A DNA stretch of 64,000 nucleotides, from positions 81,282,001 to 81,346,000 of the forward strand of contig OX597825.1 in NCBI GenBank assembly GCA_951406725.2. Reading direction: 5' to 3'. Shown one piece after another: positions 1-12,885 of this stretch; the stretch's first letter is position 1; each line of letters opens with the position of its first letter. The translations under genes were made by a program, and so were the position numbers. Source of the stretch: Octopus vulgaris (Eukaryota). The notes under the pieces were generated by a model. That model saw only the letters and a list, made by a program, of their open reading frames with translations. It did no database searches and was not told the DNA's origin.

Positions 1-312
1 TGCGCGACATGGTGATCTCATATCAAGATAAACAGTACATGACCAGGCAGGTGGGGCCCAGTTAGTATTTTCTTCTGGTCGAGAAGCCCATCCCGCTCAA
101 AAGGTCCCTGAATAAGGATTGTTTAAGGATGTTGAACGAAACACCCATGTTTCCACAGGTGAATTATTCAATCCCCAAAGAATCCCTCTCAACACATGGC
201 TATGATGCTCCCCAACTACATCTACTCGTGATCAGAGATGCACATATCGTCAGCCACTAAGGGACATGCTCAACTGGCTAAGGTCAAGCAACTGACAAGC
301 AAATCTGTGGTA
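1..312. repeat. Probable interspersed repeat fragment, unclassified (possibly a LINE UTR)
   Basis: Complex, relatively GC-rich non-coding segment running off the window start. It resembles a common octopus repeat from memory only, and there is no second copy in the window. Confidence 0.3.
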
Positions 313-487
313 TTTTGTGACGAAGGACTGGTGTTCGTAACAACAAGTCCCATTCCCTTCTTTTAAGTGTAAAATTAATACATTTGAGAAACTTGTCAGA
401 CCCATGTTGGTTCTTTTTTATTGCCTAATAAATAAATAAATACATACATACATATGTGTATGTATATATACATATATATACACACAT

Positions 488-544
<57 letters not shown>

Positions 545-588
545 AACGAAGTAAGAGAAAGAATTCTGGCAGGGCACGTGTAGGAACA

Positions 589-797
589 TACGAGGGAGCG
601 TTGAAAAAGCTGGCTCTAAGGCCTTTCTAGAGGCCAAACCTTCTGAGTTGTTTTTTAGGGCTTAGTCAAAAATCGAAAGACCGCTGCAGTAAGTGTGTGA
701 ATCTGTGAGGGAAATATGTTGGATAAAATCATAATTAACTGATCCTCCTGAATATTCTTTTGCCCAGAGCCAGGAGCTTTTCAGCCCCCACCTCTTA
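589..797 (+). mobile_element. Internally deleted mariner-type DNA transposon
   Basis: Imperfect TIRs: (ta)cgagggagcgttgaaaaagctggctct at 589 and agagccaggagcttttcagcccccacctc ending at 794. The interior encodes the mariner transposase C-terminus DRCSKCVNL*GKYVG* (consensus R.xKCV..xGxYVE*). Confidence 0.7.
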
Positions 798-1372
798 TCT
801 TGTGACCTTTCAGCTGGTGTCCTCTAGGATTCTATATGAATACAACAAACACTCATGTCTCTAAATTTTACCGGACACCCTAGCAAACACCTTAGGACTA
901 TAAGAACTGGTCAATCATTGACTTCTAAAGCAGCTGCCATTGGACTGCGTTAGTGATTGGGTAGCAAAGGTACAACGAAAATTTTGACACTTCATAAATA
1001 TATTTAAATCTAAAATTATTTTTACAGCTTAAATGGTTCATCTACAATGTAGAAACTTCAATTTCGAGATAGTGTTTCAAATCAAGTTATTGGTATGTTG
1101 TCTGGGTCACTTTTCTGGTAATATCCATCAACTAGTGATAGTTATAGTCACTGGCACAAATAGAAGAGTAGTACAGTCGAATTAAATCATTCCGATTTCA
1201 AATGCACCAAAACTACGCTCATTTCAGTGTCCAAAGCTGACGAGAGAATTCACATGTTAATTGTCAGTTTCCTTTATTAGGTTCCTTGTCTTTTTTGATA
1301 TTCCCTCTTACATACACACATACATATATACAAACGTACATACACACATATATGTACACACGTGTGCGCGCG

Positions 1373-1404
<32 letters not shown>

Positions 1405-1474
1405 ATACCTGTACACGATGATGTAACAGTGGTGTAGATGACACCGATAATAGTCGTCGTAATAGATATTGTAT

Positions 1475-1660
1475 TTAAGAGATACAAGGCTTATTAGTCC
1501 GCCTCAAGGTCTCGGTGGACAAAATGGAAAAGGCGTTACCTCGGAGGATAATGAGCGAGATCCGCTGGATCAGCCGCTCCGCCTTAAGGACTTCGCAGTG
1601 AAGGCAGCGAGCAGGGATGTATTCCGGGGACCAAGAACGGCAAAGGTTACCTCTGCCTAA
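1475..1660 (-). mobile_element. 3' fragment of a CRE-clade (restriction-like endonuclease) non-LTR retrotransposon
   Basis: Minus strand reads ERLIQRISLIILRGNAFSILS...*, matching the CRE C-terminal motif FLxQRxSxxxQRGNA. Another frame just upstream reads EVTFAVLGPRNTSLL, resembling ETxGxxGPxAxxFL. Confidence 0.6.
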
Positions 1661-1764
1661 TACTTATGGAATCGTGTACAATATCTATATTCTATATCTG
1701 TCTCGATTATCAATTTGCGATTCTACCGATGTTTAAAGAATAAATCATTTATACATATACATAC

Positions 1765-1813
<49 letters not shown>

Positions 1814-1845
1814 CACACTCACACACATACACACACACACACACC

Positions 1846-1876
<31 letters not shown>

Positions 1877-2257
1877 GCATGTAGTTGTCTGTGTGTTCTC
1901 ACACTCTCTCTCACACTCACACACATATATATATATACATATATGAATATATGTGTGTGTGTGTGTGTGTGTGTGCACATGTATGACAATATCGGTTGAC
2001 TTTTGACTTTAAGTTTCACTTGTCACGCGGGTTACTCAAACAGAATGTTTGAACAGGCGATGTGACGGGTGAAATTTGATGTTACACTTAACCCGATATG
2101 TAATATATTTTACCCTATATCGCTACCGAGTGCATTCACCAGTAAATATTTGTGCTTAATTACGATCGAACAACACAAACACTACCACACAATGAGCACA
2201 TACATACATACATACAACAATATATATATATGTAAATATATATGTAAGTATACATAT

Positions 2258-2293
<36 letters not shown>

Positions 2294-2398
2294 GAGTGCC
2301 ACACCCAAACCATCGATTCAACATTTTATATCGCTTATTCTGTTTCCTTTCTTCTTTCATCTCCCCCTTTCTCTACATATGTGTTTGTGTGTATGTTA

Positions 2399-2770
<372 letters not shown>

Positions 2771-3979
2771 CTATCTACCTATATATCCCTGTCTGTCTGT
2801 CTCTCGCTTTGTCGCCCTCTTTCTCTCTCTCTCTCACACTCTGTGTATGTACACATATATACATACATCTGTATATGTACATACACATATATACATACAC
2901 ATATATACATACACATATATACATACACATATAGACACACAAATACACATACACAAATACATACACACACATAAATACACATATACGCGAACACTAATAT
3001 GCTCTCTCTCACACACACACACTCACACACACGCACACACACTCATGCTCAAACATGCAGGAACGCTTTTCTGTACCAACCCGTCGCCGATCTTCTGCTC
3101 GAAACCACGCCACATGGGACACAAATAAAAGTGGTTATTTATAATATTTTCTTAATTAATCATCGTAGTTTAATAGTCATAAGGTTATGGATAGCATCAT
3201 GTGCCAGCGGCGTGGGGGTGGGAGGAGATAGCGGTGGGGAGTCGGACATAGTGCTGTGGTAGGCATTCATTTCCCCATGAGAATCAGCAACAGTCCACAG
3301 TAAATAATAGACCGACATTAATCTGCTAAAGATTAATATACCATTCACCATCAGTGCCGCCGTCACCACCACCGCCACCATCACCACCACCACCCCATCA
3401 CCACCACCACAGCTACCACCATCACCACCACAACAACAACAACAACAACAACTGCAACAACCACCACCACCACCACCACCACCACCACCACCACCACCGC
3501 CACCACCGCCACCACCAGTGCTACCACTAGCGCTTCCACCAGCATCGCCACCAACGCCTCGCCACCACCACTACCACCCCGCAACATGACAGCTCGTTAT
3601 GGCTACGACGCATTTTTAGTTTACATAATAGATAAAAAATGGAATTCTGTTTAAATAATGATAATCGTTGAGACTAGGAATACGGATGAGAATTATGTCA
3701 CGTGAGAGAGAGAGAGAGAGAGAGGAGAGAGGAGCAGGAGGAGAGAGAAGGAAGAGAGAAGAAGCGAGAGGAGATATATAGAGAGAAAGTTTTCAGTTGG
3801 ATCATGGAAGTTGTTGAGAAGGAAGAAAGAAGTCGCTGCTATAAATACTTTTGTGTAGTGTGCTCTATTCATAGTCTTGCAACATGGTCACGGTGTTTCA
3901 GCGAAGCAGCAGTCGTTAGGCTTCATCAGAAAAGAGATATTGCCTCTGTATATATAAGTAGGTCATATACGTATATATG

Positions 3980-4140
3980 TTTCTTTATTAGCCACACAGG
4001 GCTGCACACAGACGGGACATATTACGAAGTAGAGCTTTTCTTTTTGGGGAGACAAAAAAAATAGTGGGGTAGGTTTTTCGATCAAAAGGGATCGTAAAAC
4101 GGAAAGAAAAAAAAAGAAAAAGGGAAAGAAAAAAAGAAAA
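3980..4140 (-). mobile_element. Tx1/L1-like LINE 3' UTR tail fragment
   Basis: Reverse complement aaaagctctact...gtcccgtctgtgtgcagccctgtgtggctaataaagaaa matches the 3' end of the element at 9945-10458. Confidence 0.75.
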
Positions 4141-4608
4141 ACAGTATGTATGTATGTATGTATTATGTAGGTAGGTAGATCATTGTTTAGTATTATTTCA
4201 AGACTTCTTGCCAATACAGAAAGAGCCGGTTTCTGACATGGATTCAAGGCTCCTTCATTGGAATTTCAACAACAGGGTATTTTTGTTTGTATGTTTGGTT
4301 TATATATGTATTCTCATGCATATAGTTCCATATCAAGACATGCTCATATATATCTAAATGGGCTCCACTCCGGATTTCGTTGAAGGTTGTTTCCTTTCCG
4401 TAATCCTGGATAGGGGCCCATACCGGGTATTGTCAGCCGGAGCCAGCTGAGCCCAGGACTCGTGTCAGGCAGGGTCGTCACTCCCTGAAGTAGTGAAGAA
4501 AATCGGATAAATAGATAAATAAATAGATAAATATACACAAGGATAGATAAAAAGATATATATATATATATTTATATGTGTATATATATATATATACATAT
4601 GAATATTG

Positions 4609-4679
<71 letters not shown>

Positions 4680-4681
<2 letters not shown>

Positions 4682-4876
4682 ATCGTTATGTAAATACCGA
4701 TCTTATCAGGTGGTCAGCATGGGAATAAAAACCTTCAAAGGTAAGAATTTTTATTAAAATTATAATTTAGTGTCTCCTGGTGCTGTATGAACATTTAATG
4801 TGGTTTTAGAGTCAAGTTTTGGCTGCTATTTCCAGCGTAGTGGTATCTCTTAGATACCCTAAATTATAATAATTGA
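4680..4876 (+). mobile_element. Penelope-like terminal-repeat fragment with short inversion, in (TA)n
   Basis: Homologous to 40031-40235 (opposite strand) and to 5130-5200 (tgaacatttaatgtggttttagagtcaagttttggctgc). 12-bp inverted repeat at 4759-4770 / 4859-4870. Confidence 0.55.
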
Positions 4877-5021
4877 TATATATATATATAAATTTATTTT
4901 AAACTGGTCATGTTGCATACGTGTATATATATGTATGTATACGTTCGTATATATAAGTATTCATATGTTGTATGTATATATATATATATATATATGTATT
5001 TATGTTTCTCTCTGCGTATAC

Positions 5022-5076
5022 TCCACTGATGAGGCAAAGCATTTCTAAATGCAAAGTCAGAAAGCCGGGATCTGGA
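5022..5076 (+). ncRNA. Degenerate type I hammerhead ribozyme motif
   Basis: tcca-CTGATGA-ggc aaa gcatt tcta aatgc aaa gtc a-GAAA-gccggga-TC-tgga. Stem I is tcca/tgga and the core boxes are intact; stems II and III are imperfect. Confidence 0.5.
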
Positions 5077-5196
5077 ATTTTCCAGTAAGTTTTTACTAGT
5101 TTTATTTTGTCTTCTCTCGTTGTGATATATGAACACTTAATGTGGTCTTAGAATCAGATCTTGGCTGCTATATTTTCAGTATCTCGTAAGTTATAA

Positions 5197-5385
<189 letters not shown>

Positions 5386-5822
5386 GTATATATATGTATA
5401 TATATATAGAGAGAGAGAGAGAAAGAGAGAGATTTATAAATAGATAGATACATAGATAGATTGGGTGTTATAAGGGGTGACGAGAGATAAAATGGAAGCA
5501 TGGGAGAGTGAACAGGGGAGAGGGGGAGGAAACAGTAGTGAGAGGGTAAGGTGGGGCTTGATAATGTATAAAGGGAGAACCTTAGGAAGTCTATATACGG
5601 AAGTTTGTGCGTGCGCGCGCACGTGTGAATGTGTGAGTATGCGTGGGTGCATTTTCGTGGGTTTTTGTATGTGTGCGCGTGTTGTACGTTTTTGCATGTG
5701 TGTGCTTTGTGGCTGGATTCTGGTGTAAGTTTGAAAAATGCCGGAGGAGTGTACGGTCCATATCCCAGGAGATTTCACCCAACACACGCACTCACAGCTA
5801 TGCACACACACACGCGCGCACG

Positions 5823-5855
<33 letters not shown>

Positions 5856-5972
5856 TAACATACACACGCACATACACACATAACCACGCATGCACTTACT
5901 TAATTACACAGAAGATAACATATATCGACATCTTTCACACGCGACACACATTCACACCAAACTGCTCATATG

Positions 5973-6011
<39 letters not shown>

Positions 6012-6106
6012 AACTCACATAGATATATGTATGTGTGTGCGTGTAATTATGTATGTATATGTGTCTATACACATATATATACCTAAATGCGCATATGTAC
6101 CTATAC

Positions 6107-6160
<54 letters not shown>

Positions 6161-6220
6161 ATGTATCCGTATATATGTATACATATATATGTATATATAT
6201 ATATGTATGCATATATACGG

Positions 6221-6278
<58 letters not shown>

Positions 6279-6842
6279 TAACTGAGAGATAATCAAGGGA
6301 ATAGATGTTTAATAACTGTTTGGTTAGTTGTTTTAATTTACCATTGTATCTCCTTTGGGTGTTGCTCTTTACTGTATCGGCATCACCACCATCATCGTCA
6401 TCACCATCATCATCACCGTCATCACCGTCATCACCACCACCATCATCGTCGTCGTCGTGGTCATTGTCCCCATTGATTATATGCAATTCACTTTAAACAC
6501 TGTTAATTTGTTAATGAGTCGAGACATTTGCAACACATGTATGGATGTACGTACGTACGAACGTGCGTACGTATACACGTTCGTACAGAAATATGTGAAT
6601 GTACAAACGCGCACGCATATGTACTTAACCCATATACATATATAGATGTTTCTATATTTATATACCCGCGATTAGCGACATGTAAATGCACATGACAACG
6701 GATATGTAAATACGTTTTCAAAACGGATATAAATGAGATAGGTATGTATAATTAATATGATTGTGTGCAATCTATATTGCTAAATATACGCATGAATATA
6801 TATATATATATATATATACGTAGAAATATATAGATATATGTA

Positions 6843-6940
6843 TAGACGTATCTGCGTCGTAAGATGCTTGCTTCCCCAGGGATCGATCCCGCTGTGTGTG
6901 GCATCTGGGGCAAATTTCTTCTGCTATATCCTCGGGCCAT

Positions 6941-6993
<53 letters not shown>

Positions 6994-7220
6994 CATATAT
7001 ATACATATATATTTATATGTTGGCTTTATGTTTGCATCTGTCCCCCACCACCGATTGACAACCGGCATTGGTGTGTTTACCTCTCCGTAACCTAGTGGTT
7101 CGTCAAATAAGCGAGAGAATGTGTACGAGGCTTGGAAATAACATACTGGGGTCGATTCAGTCGACTAAAATTTTTCAAAGCAGTGTTCCAAGCATGGCTG
7201 CTGTCTAACGATTAAAACCG
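6843..7220 (+). mobile_element. SINE family A (CORE-like), diverged copy
   Basis: Similar to 63091-63513 (gggcaaatttcttctgctatatcctcgggcc; ttgacaaccggcattggtgtgtttac; ccaagcatggctgc) with an internal microsatellite. Confidence 0.7.
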
Positions 7221-7227
7221 AAGCACG

Positions 7228-7319
<92 letters not shown>

Positions 7320-7779
7320 ATATATATATATATATCTAGGAGTATCTAAAAACCGTAATTTCAGTAGGTATGAGAGGTGAATATATAATTATTTAACCAC
7401 ATGACTTCTATAGGGTTACGGCTGTTTCGCAACCTTAAATATGTTGTTGCTGATGTTGTCGTGTCCAGCGATGTTGTTTGCTGTAACTCTCTACATGGTA
7501 AAGACAAGTTTGAGTTGAAGATCATTGTAATCTTGAATAAAAGGCTCCCTCGAATAATACATCTGAAGGTTAACCAGTTATTTAACACGGCTGGGATTTG
7601 GACTTCAAAGTCGATAGCTTTCATCGTATTTTTGATTAATTTTCTCCTACGCCATTTATGAGTCTTGTCGCTTCATGTATGTATGTATGTATGTATGTAT
7701 GTATGTATGTATGTATGTATGTATGTATGTATGTATGTATGTATGTATGTATGTATGTATGTATGTGACACATGAGAGG

Positions 7780-8305
7780 GCATAGCTATTGATCGTAGCA
7801 GGTGGAGATGGATTGTGCACGAGGGGACAGGCTACTTTTGAGAAATCTCGAGTTGCGCGTGAGAAAGTAAGAAGGGATGTCAGGAAGGGCATCGCTGTTA
7901 CACTTCCAGATGGGCAGGGTCTTCCAATGATGCTGACATGCAGTGTCTGTGCAAGACCCTGCCTCAGTAAAGCTGGACTCATGCGTCATCTTCGTAGTCA
8001 TAAAACGAGACAGATGAGTGACAACCTGGCCACTGGTGGTGGTGTTACACACCATACTAATCATATCTGTTGGGCATGTGGACGAGAGTGTAATTTGGCA
8101 GGAGGATTTAAACGACATGCAAAGGTAGATGAAGCCCGGTTACAACTACAGCCGACTACTGCCGGTAAAGGTTTTAGCTGCCAATTCTGTACAAGACATT
8201 GTAAATCTTTAGCTGGGCTAAAAAAGTCACATTCGATCATAGCACCAGTAACAGTTAAGCTTCGTGCAATGGCCATACTCGATAACGAGGAGGCAGCCAT
8301 CATGT
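7780..8305 (+). mobile_element. RTE-like LINE 3' end encoding three C2H2-type zinc fingers
   Basis: ORF 7789-8328 contains FEKSRVAREKVRRDVRK, CSVCARPCLSKAGLMRHLRSH, CWACGRECNLAGGFKRH and CQFCTRHCKSLAGLK(fs)SHIR. A short 3' UTR ends in atgtatgta. Confidence 0.7.
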
Positions 8306-8619
8306 ATGTACGTATAGTCCACAGATGAAATCCAGATCTTGTCCGTATAGACGACACTTAGTAGCGCTCAAAAGCTTCAAACTTAGACTCGGAATATGTT
8401 TACAGGGAATCGATTCCACGAGGTAAAGAATGGCCATAAAAGGGATCAAGTTGAGTGGGTGTACAGGCAATTACGCGGATAAACAAATCAGACTCATCAA
8501 ACATATTAAATATTCTGACTGATGTACAACATTAATCAGTATTCTTTGAATTCTAGCTATTACCAAAATAATATTTCCTTTCAATTCATGAGCCGAAATA
8601 GCAGAGTCTATTTTGTTTC

Positions 8620-9122
8620 AACATTTTTATCGGCTGTCTTTACACATGATTGGTTATAATGAGGTACTTAAATTGAGGCACCCCGTTAGGTTAGAATAAT
8701 ATACACACACAACAATATTATGTAAATATCAAAATTGGTACATAAGTACCGGCCAAATTATATTCATGCAGTGTATGAAGATAATTAGACCCAGCGGAGT
8801 AAAGAAATCCGCTTTCGAGCTATTCAGACATACACATCATACTAAATATACAGTCCATAATATTTACGACGAGCAGATTCCGAGACAGGTGAATAAAATA
8901 TAAATAAATAATAGTAAAGGTACAGGTGTCAATCCATTACAGCCGTTTCTAACGATACCTATAATTGATTAATGAAAACAATACATCATTTAATAAAGAA
9001 ACCGTTTTCGTCAGATGAATTCATGAACTTCAAAATTAAGGACATTCAAAATGATTTAACATAATTTAAAATCCACGGCTGTCTTTTATCAGCTGTCTTC
9101 ACACATGATTGGTTATAATGAG
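8620..9122 (-). mobile_element. Penelope-like remnant with direct repeats and a hammerhead motif
   Basis: About 40-bp direct repeat (ttttatc[g/a]gctgtctt[t/c]acacatgattggttataatgag) near 8624 and 9084, bracketing the hammerhead at 8931-9021. Confidence 0.55.
8931..9021 (-). ncRNA. Type I hammerhead ribozyme motif with long stem II
   Basis: Minus strand: aattcat-CTGACGA-aaacggtttct...aggtatcgtta-GAA-acggctgt-A-atggatt. 7-bp stem I, about 9-bp stem II, near-palindromic stem III, GUA cleavage triplet. Confidence 0.65.
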
Positions 9123-9129
9123 CTTCAGG

Positions 9130-9944
9130 CTTAGGTTCAGTCTTTGCAGCCTGGCTCTATCGTGTCTTCTGTGCTGCGTGGGCGACGGAGCGTTTTCCTC
9201 ATGACTGGAGCGAGGCAACTCTTTTACCTTTCTTAAAAAAAGGTGATAGAAAGCTGTGTTCCAACTATAGAGGCATCAGCTTCATCGATGTGGCTGCCAA
9301 AACCTTTGCAATCCTTCTTCTGAAGCGGTTCCAGGCCGTCCGTGATGTCCGTACTTGTCCTTCTCAGGGCGTCTTCCGCCCCGGGAGAGGGTGCGTTGAT
9401 CAAATCTTCAGTCTCCGGCGAGTCCTGGAACAGCGGTGGGCGCACCAACAACCTACCGTTCTCTGCTTCATCGATTTTGCGGCTGCCTTCGACTCGGTGG
9501 ATCGGGAGGCCCTCTGGTGTATTATGCAGGCAGACGGTATCCCTGTGAAGCTGCTAAACCTCATACAGGGCTACTATCGTTCAACGAGGGCTCGTGTGAG
9601 GGTCTATAGTGAGGAGACAGAGTCGTTTGATGTCACTACCGGTGTTCGACAGGGTTGTGAGCTCTCGCCTACCCTATTCAATTAAGCCATCGATTACATT
9701 CTCAGCGCTGCGCTTCGGAACTACCCGGGCGTAGAAACTGGGAGAGGAGTCATGGTATGGTGACGGACCTGGCCTACGCAGATGACATCGCGCTCTTGGG
9801 CTCTAACAGGGCAGATGTCCAAGATGCTATCGAAAGTGTGCATGCGGCAGCGGCAGCTGTTGGTCTTCGGATCAATGCTGGCAAAACCAAAGTGATGACG
9901 CCTCTGGACGCAGCAGATGAATGGCAGCCAATCGCTCTCGCTAA
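9130..9944 (+). pseudogene. RTE-clade LINE reverse transcriptase fragment (one stop, one frameshift)
   Basis: KKGDRKLCSNYRGIS, QGVFRPGRGCVDQIF, FIDFAAAFDSV, GVRQGCELSPTLFN*, then LAYADDIALL and GLRINAGKTKVM after an atggt duplication. Confidence 0.92.
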
Positions 9945-10458
9945 TATGTATGGAAGACGCGTCTGAAAGTTCTAGAGACAAACACTTTCGTCTCTGGTCA
10001 ATCTCTCATCAACTTCTTCAAGTATCATTTGAAGAGGAAGGTGAGAGTAGAGAGGAAAGTTTTGCCTAGTGAATGTTTAAAAAAAAAATGGGTGAATGTA
10101 GCAAGGATGGCATGTGGGAATGACGGAGCCAGCTTGAATATAATCCGATGAACCGAAATAAAAAATAAGACAGGAATATGTTTTTTGCATGACACTATTG
10201 CCCAAGGTTCCGTGGTCATTGCCGGAGGTTTCTCTTTCCACGGGTAAACCTAATCTGTTTTCCCTTTTTACATTGATATTTCTCTGATACGCGATCCCTA
10301 TTGATCGCCCCCACCTTTTTTTTCCCACGATCCCTTTTGATCGGAATTCGACCCACTTATTTGTTTCTTTTTTTATTCTCTTCTTCTTCCCCAAAAGAAA
10401 AGCTCTACTTTGAATTTTGACCCCTCTGTGTTCAGCCTCGTGTGGCCAAATAAAGAAA
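9945..10458 (+). mobile_element. Tx1/L1-clade LINE 3' end (ORF2 C-terminus plus 3' UTR)
   Basis: Reads [54 protein letters not shown], with the WxxR and F..W pattern of L1/Tx1 ORF2 ends. The UTR ends aataaagaaa. Two further copies occur in the window. Confidence 0.7.
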
Positions 10459-11247
10459 CAAATGTATGTATGTATGTATGTATGTATGTATGTATGTATG
10501 TATGTATCTATCTGTCTGCATCTCTCTGTCTATCTCTCTCTCTCTCTGTCGTTTCTGACACTTATCTCTCTCTCCCTCTGTCCCCCTTTCTCTCTCCCCA
10601 TATCTACTCTATTTACAAACATATATAGATATATATAGATATGTCTGTATGGATGTTAGGTATGTATGTACGTATATATGAGCGTATATGCAGCGCTTGT
10701 ATGTATGCACGGTATTCATGTCGGTCCGAATTGAAGAACGGATCTAAGTACGTACATATATATATATATATATATATATACATACAATCATATACACACG
10801 CACATACACATAAATACATACATGTATACACACACACTGACACATTATATTTAAGGGGTAGAACTACTGTGTAAATACATACATTCGCAATTATATATAT
10901 ATATATGTGTGTGTATATACATATATATATATATACAGTATACATACACATATATATATATATATATATATACATATATATACATATACATATATACATA
11001 TATATATATATATGCATATATATGCATATATATTTACATATACATATATATATATATATATATATACATATATAATTATACAGGCATATAAATACAAATA
11101 CAAACATGCATATATATATATATATACATATACACGTACATGGACACACATATACATACATGCATACGTATATATATGTATATAAATGTATACACATACA
11201 TACATATATATATATATATGATGCGTATGCATTTATATGTTTATGTT

Positions 11248-11302
<55 letters not shown>

Positions 11303-11777
11303 GCATGTATGTATATGTACGTGTATGTCCGCATATGTGTGCGTAATTCCGTAGATAACCTCTTCGCTCGCTGCATCTAACACGAAATGCCATGTAATAA
11401 AATAAATATGTAAAAACAGACGAGTCCATTAAGAAGATAGGTGTCCATTGGTGTTTAGTGAGATGTGTCTTAATTAGATTGTTAAACATCATTAGCAGCA
11501 AATCAATTTTCACGAGAGAACGAGAGAGACGCAGCAAAAATAACAGCTTCACTGATCAATAAGTAATAATCAAATAGCAATTGAGCGCTCCTCGCCTTTG
11601 CAGTTAGCTTACGGCATACGGCAACACCTAAGATGGCGTCGCTGGTGAAGGGTGATGATTAGAGAGACGTTTGACGGAACACCGCACCATGTATATATAT
11701 ATGTGTGCATGTGTGTGTGTGTACGTGTAAATATATATATATATATATGTGTATGTATGTGTGAGTGTGTGCATGTA

Positions 11778-11844
<67 letters not shown>

Positions 11845-11849
11845 GTGCG

Positions 11850-11880
<31 letters not shown>

Positions 11881-11968
11881 GTCTCTGTAAATATAGATGT
11901 GAGTCTGTAAATATATATATATGTATATGTGTGTCTGTAAATATACCTGTGTTTGTGTTTGTGTATAT

Positions 11969-12058
<90 letters not shown>

Positions 12059-12526
12059 GCACACACATACATAAATTTGTAGATAACCAGATGCGCACGT
12101 ATATTTACATAGGTGCGTTTACACACGCATATATACACACACATATATACACACACATATATACACACACATATAAAACAATGTGTTAGAAGTACATTTG
12201 TCCATCGCTACGTGTCTCGTGTATGTATGGCTGTATGACAACTGTAAACACGCACACATATTCATGTGTACACTCACACACAAACACACACACGCACACA
12301 CACATGCACAGAGGAATGCAGGTATGTAGATAGATAGACAAATAGAAAGACAGGCAGTCAGACAGACAGACAGGCAGACAGACAGACAGACAGCTAGCTA
12401 GATAGATAGATAGATAATCAGAAAGATAGACAGAAAGACAGACAGAGGTAGATAGATAAATAGATAGACCGACCGACAGATAGACAGACAGAGAAATAGA
12501 GAGATAGATGTATTGATGGAAAGATG

Positions 12527-12591
<65 letters not shown>

Positions 12592-12766
12592 GCGAATCGA
12601 TGGATGGATGGAAAATCGACAAACAGGAAAATAATGGATGGGTTTACATTCTCTTATCTCTCACCCACCTTGTCTCTGTGTAACTGTCTATTTCTGTCTA
12701 CCTATCCACTCCTCCATGTATGTATGTATGTATGTATGTATGTATGTATGTATGTATGTATGTATG

Positions 12767-12885
<119 letters not shown>

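Noticed and set aside
1235-1310. gCTGACGAg box in possible Penelope-like remnant
   Set aside because: No downstream GAAA or stems, so it is too degraded to call.
7412-7460. Minus-strand gcaac..gttgc-GAAACAGCCGTA half hammerhead
   Set aside because: The CUGANGA box is absent, so only a partial remnant.
8788-8835. Minus-strand CTGAATA-gctc-GAAA with 6-bp stem agcgga/tccgct
   Set aside because: Core G8 is altered, the cleavage position is G, and there is no stem I or II.
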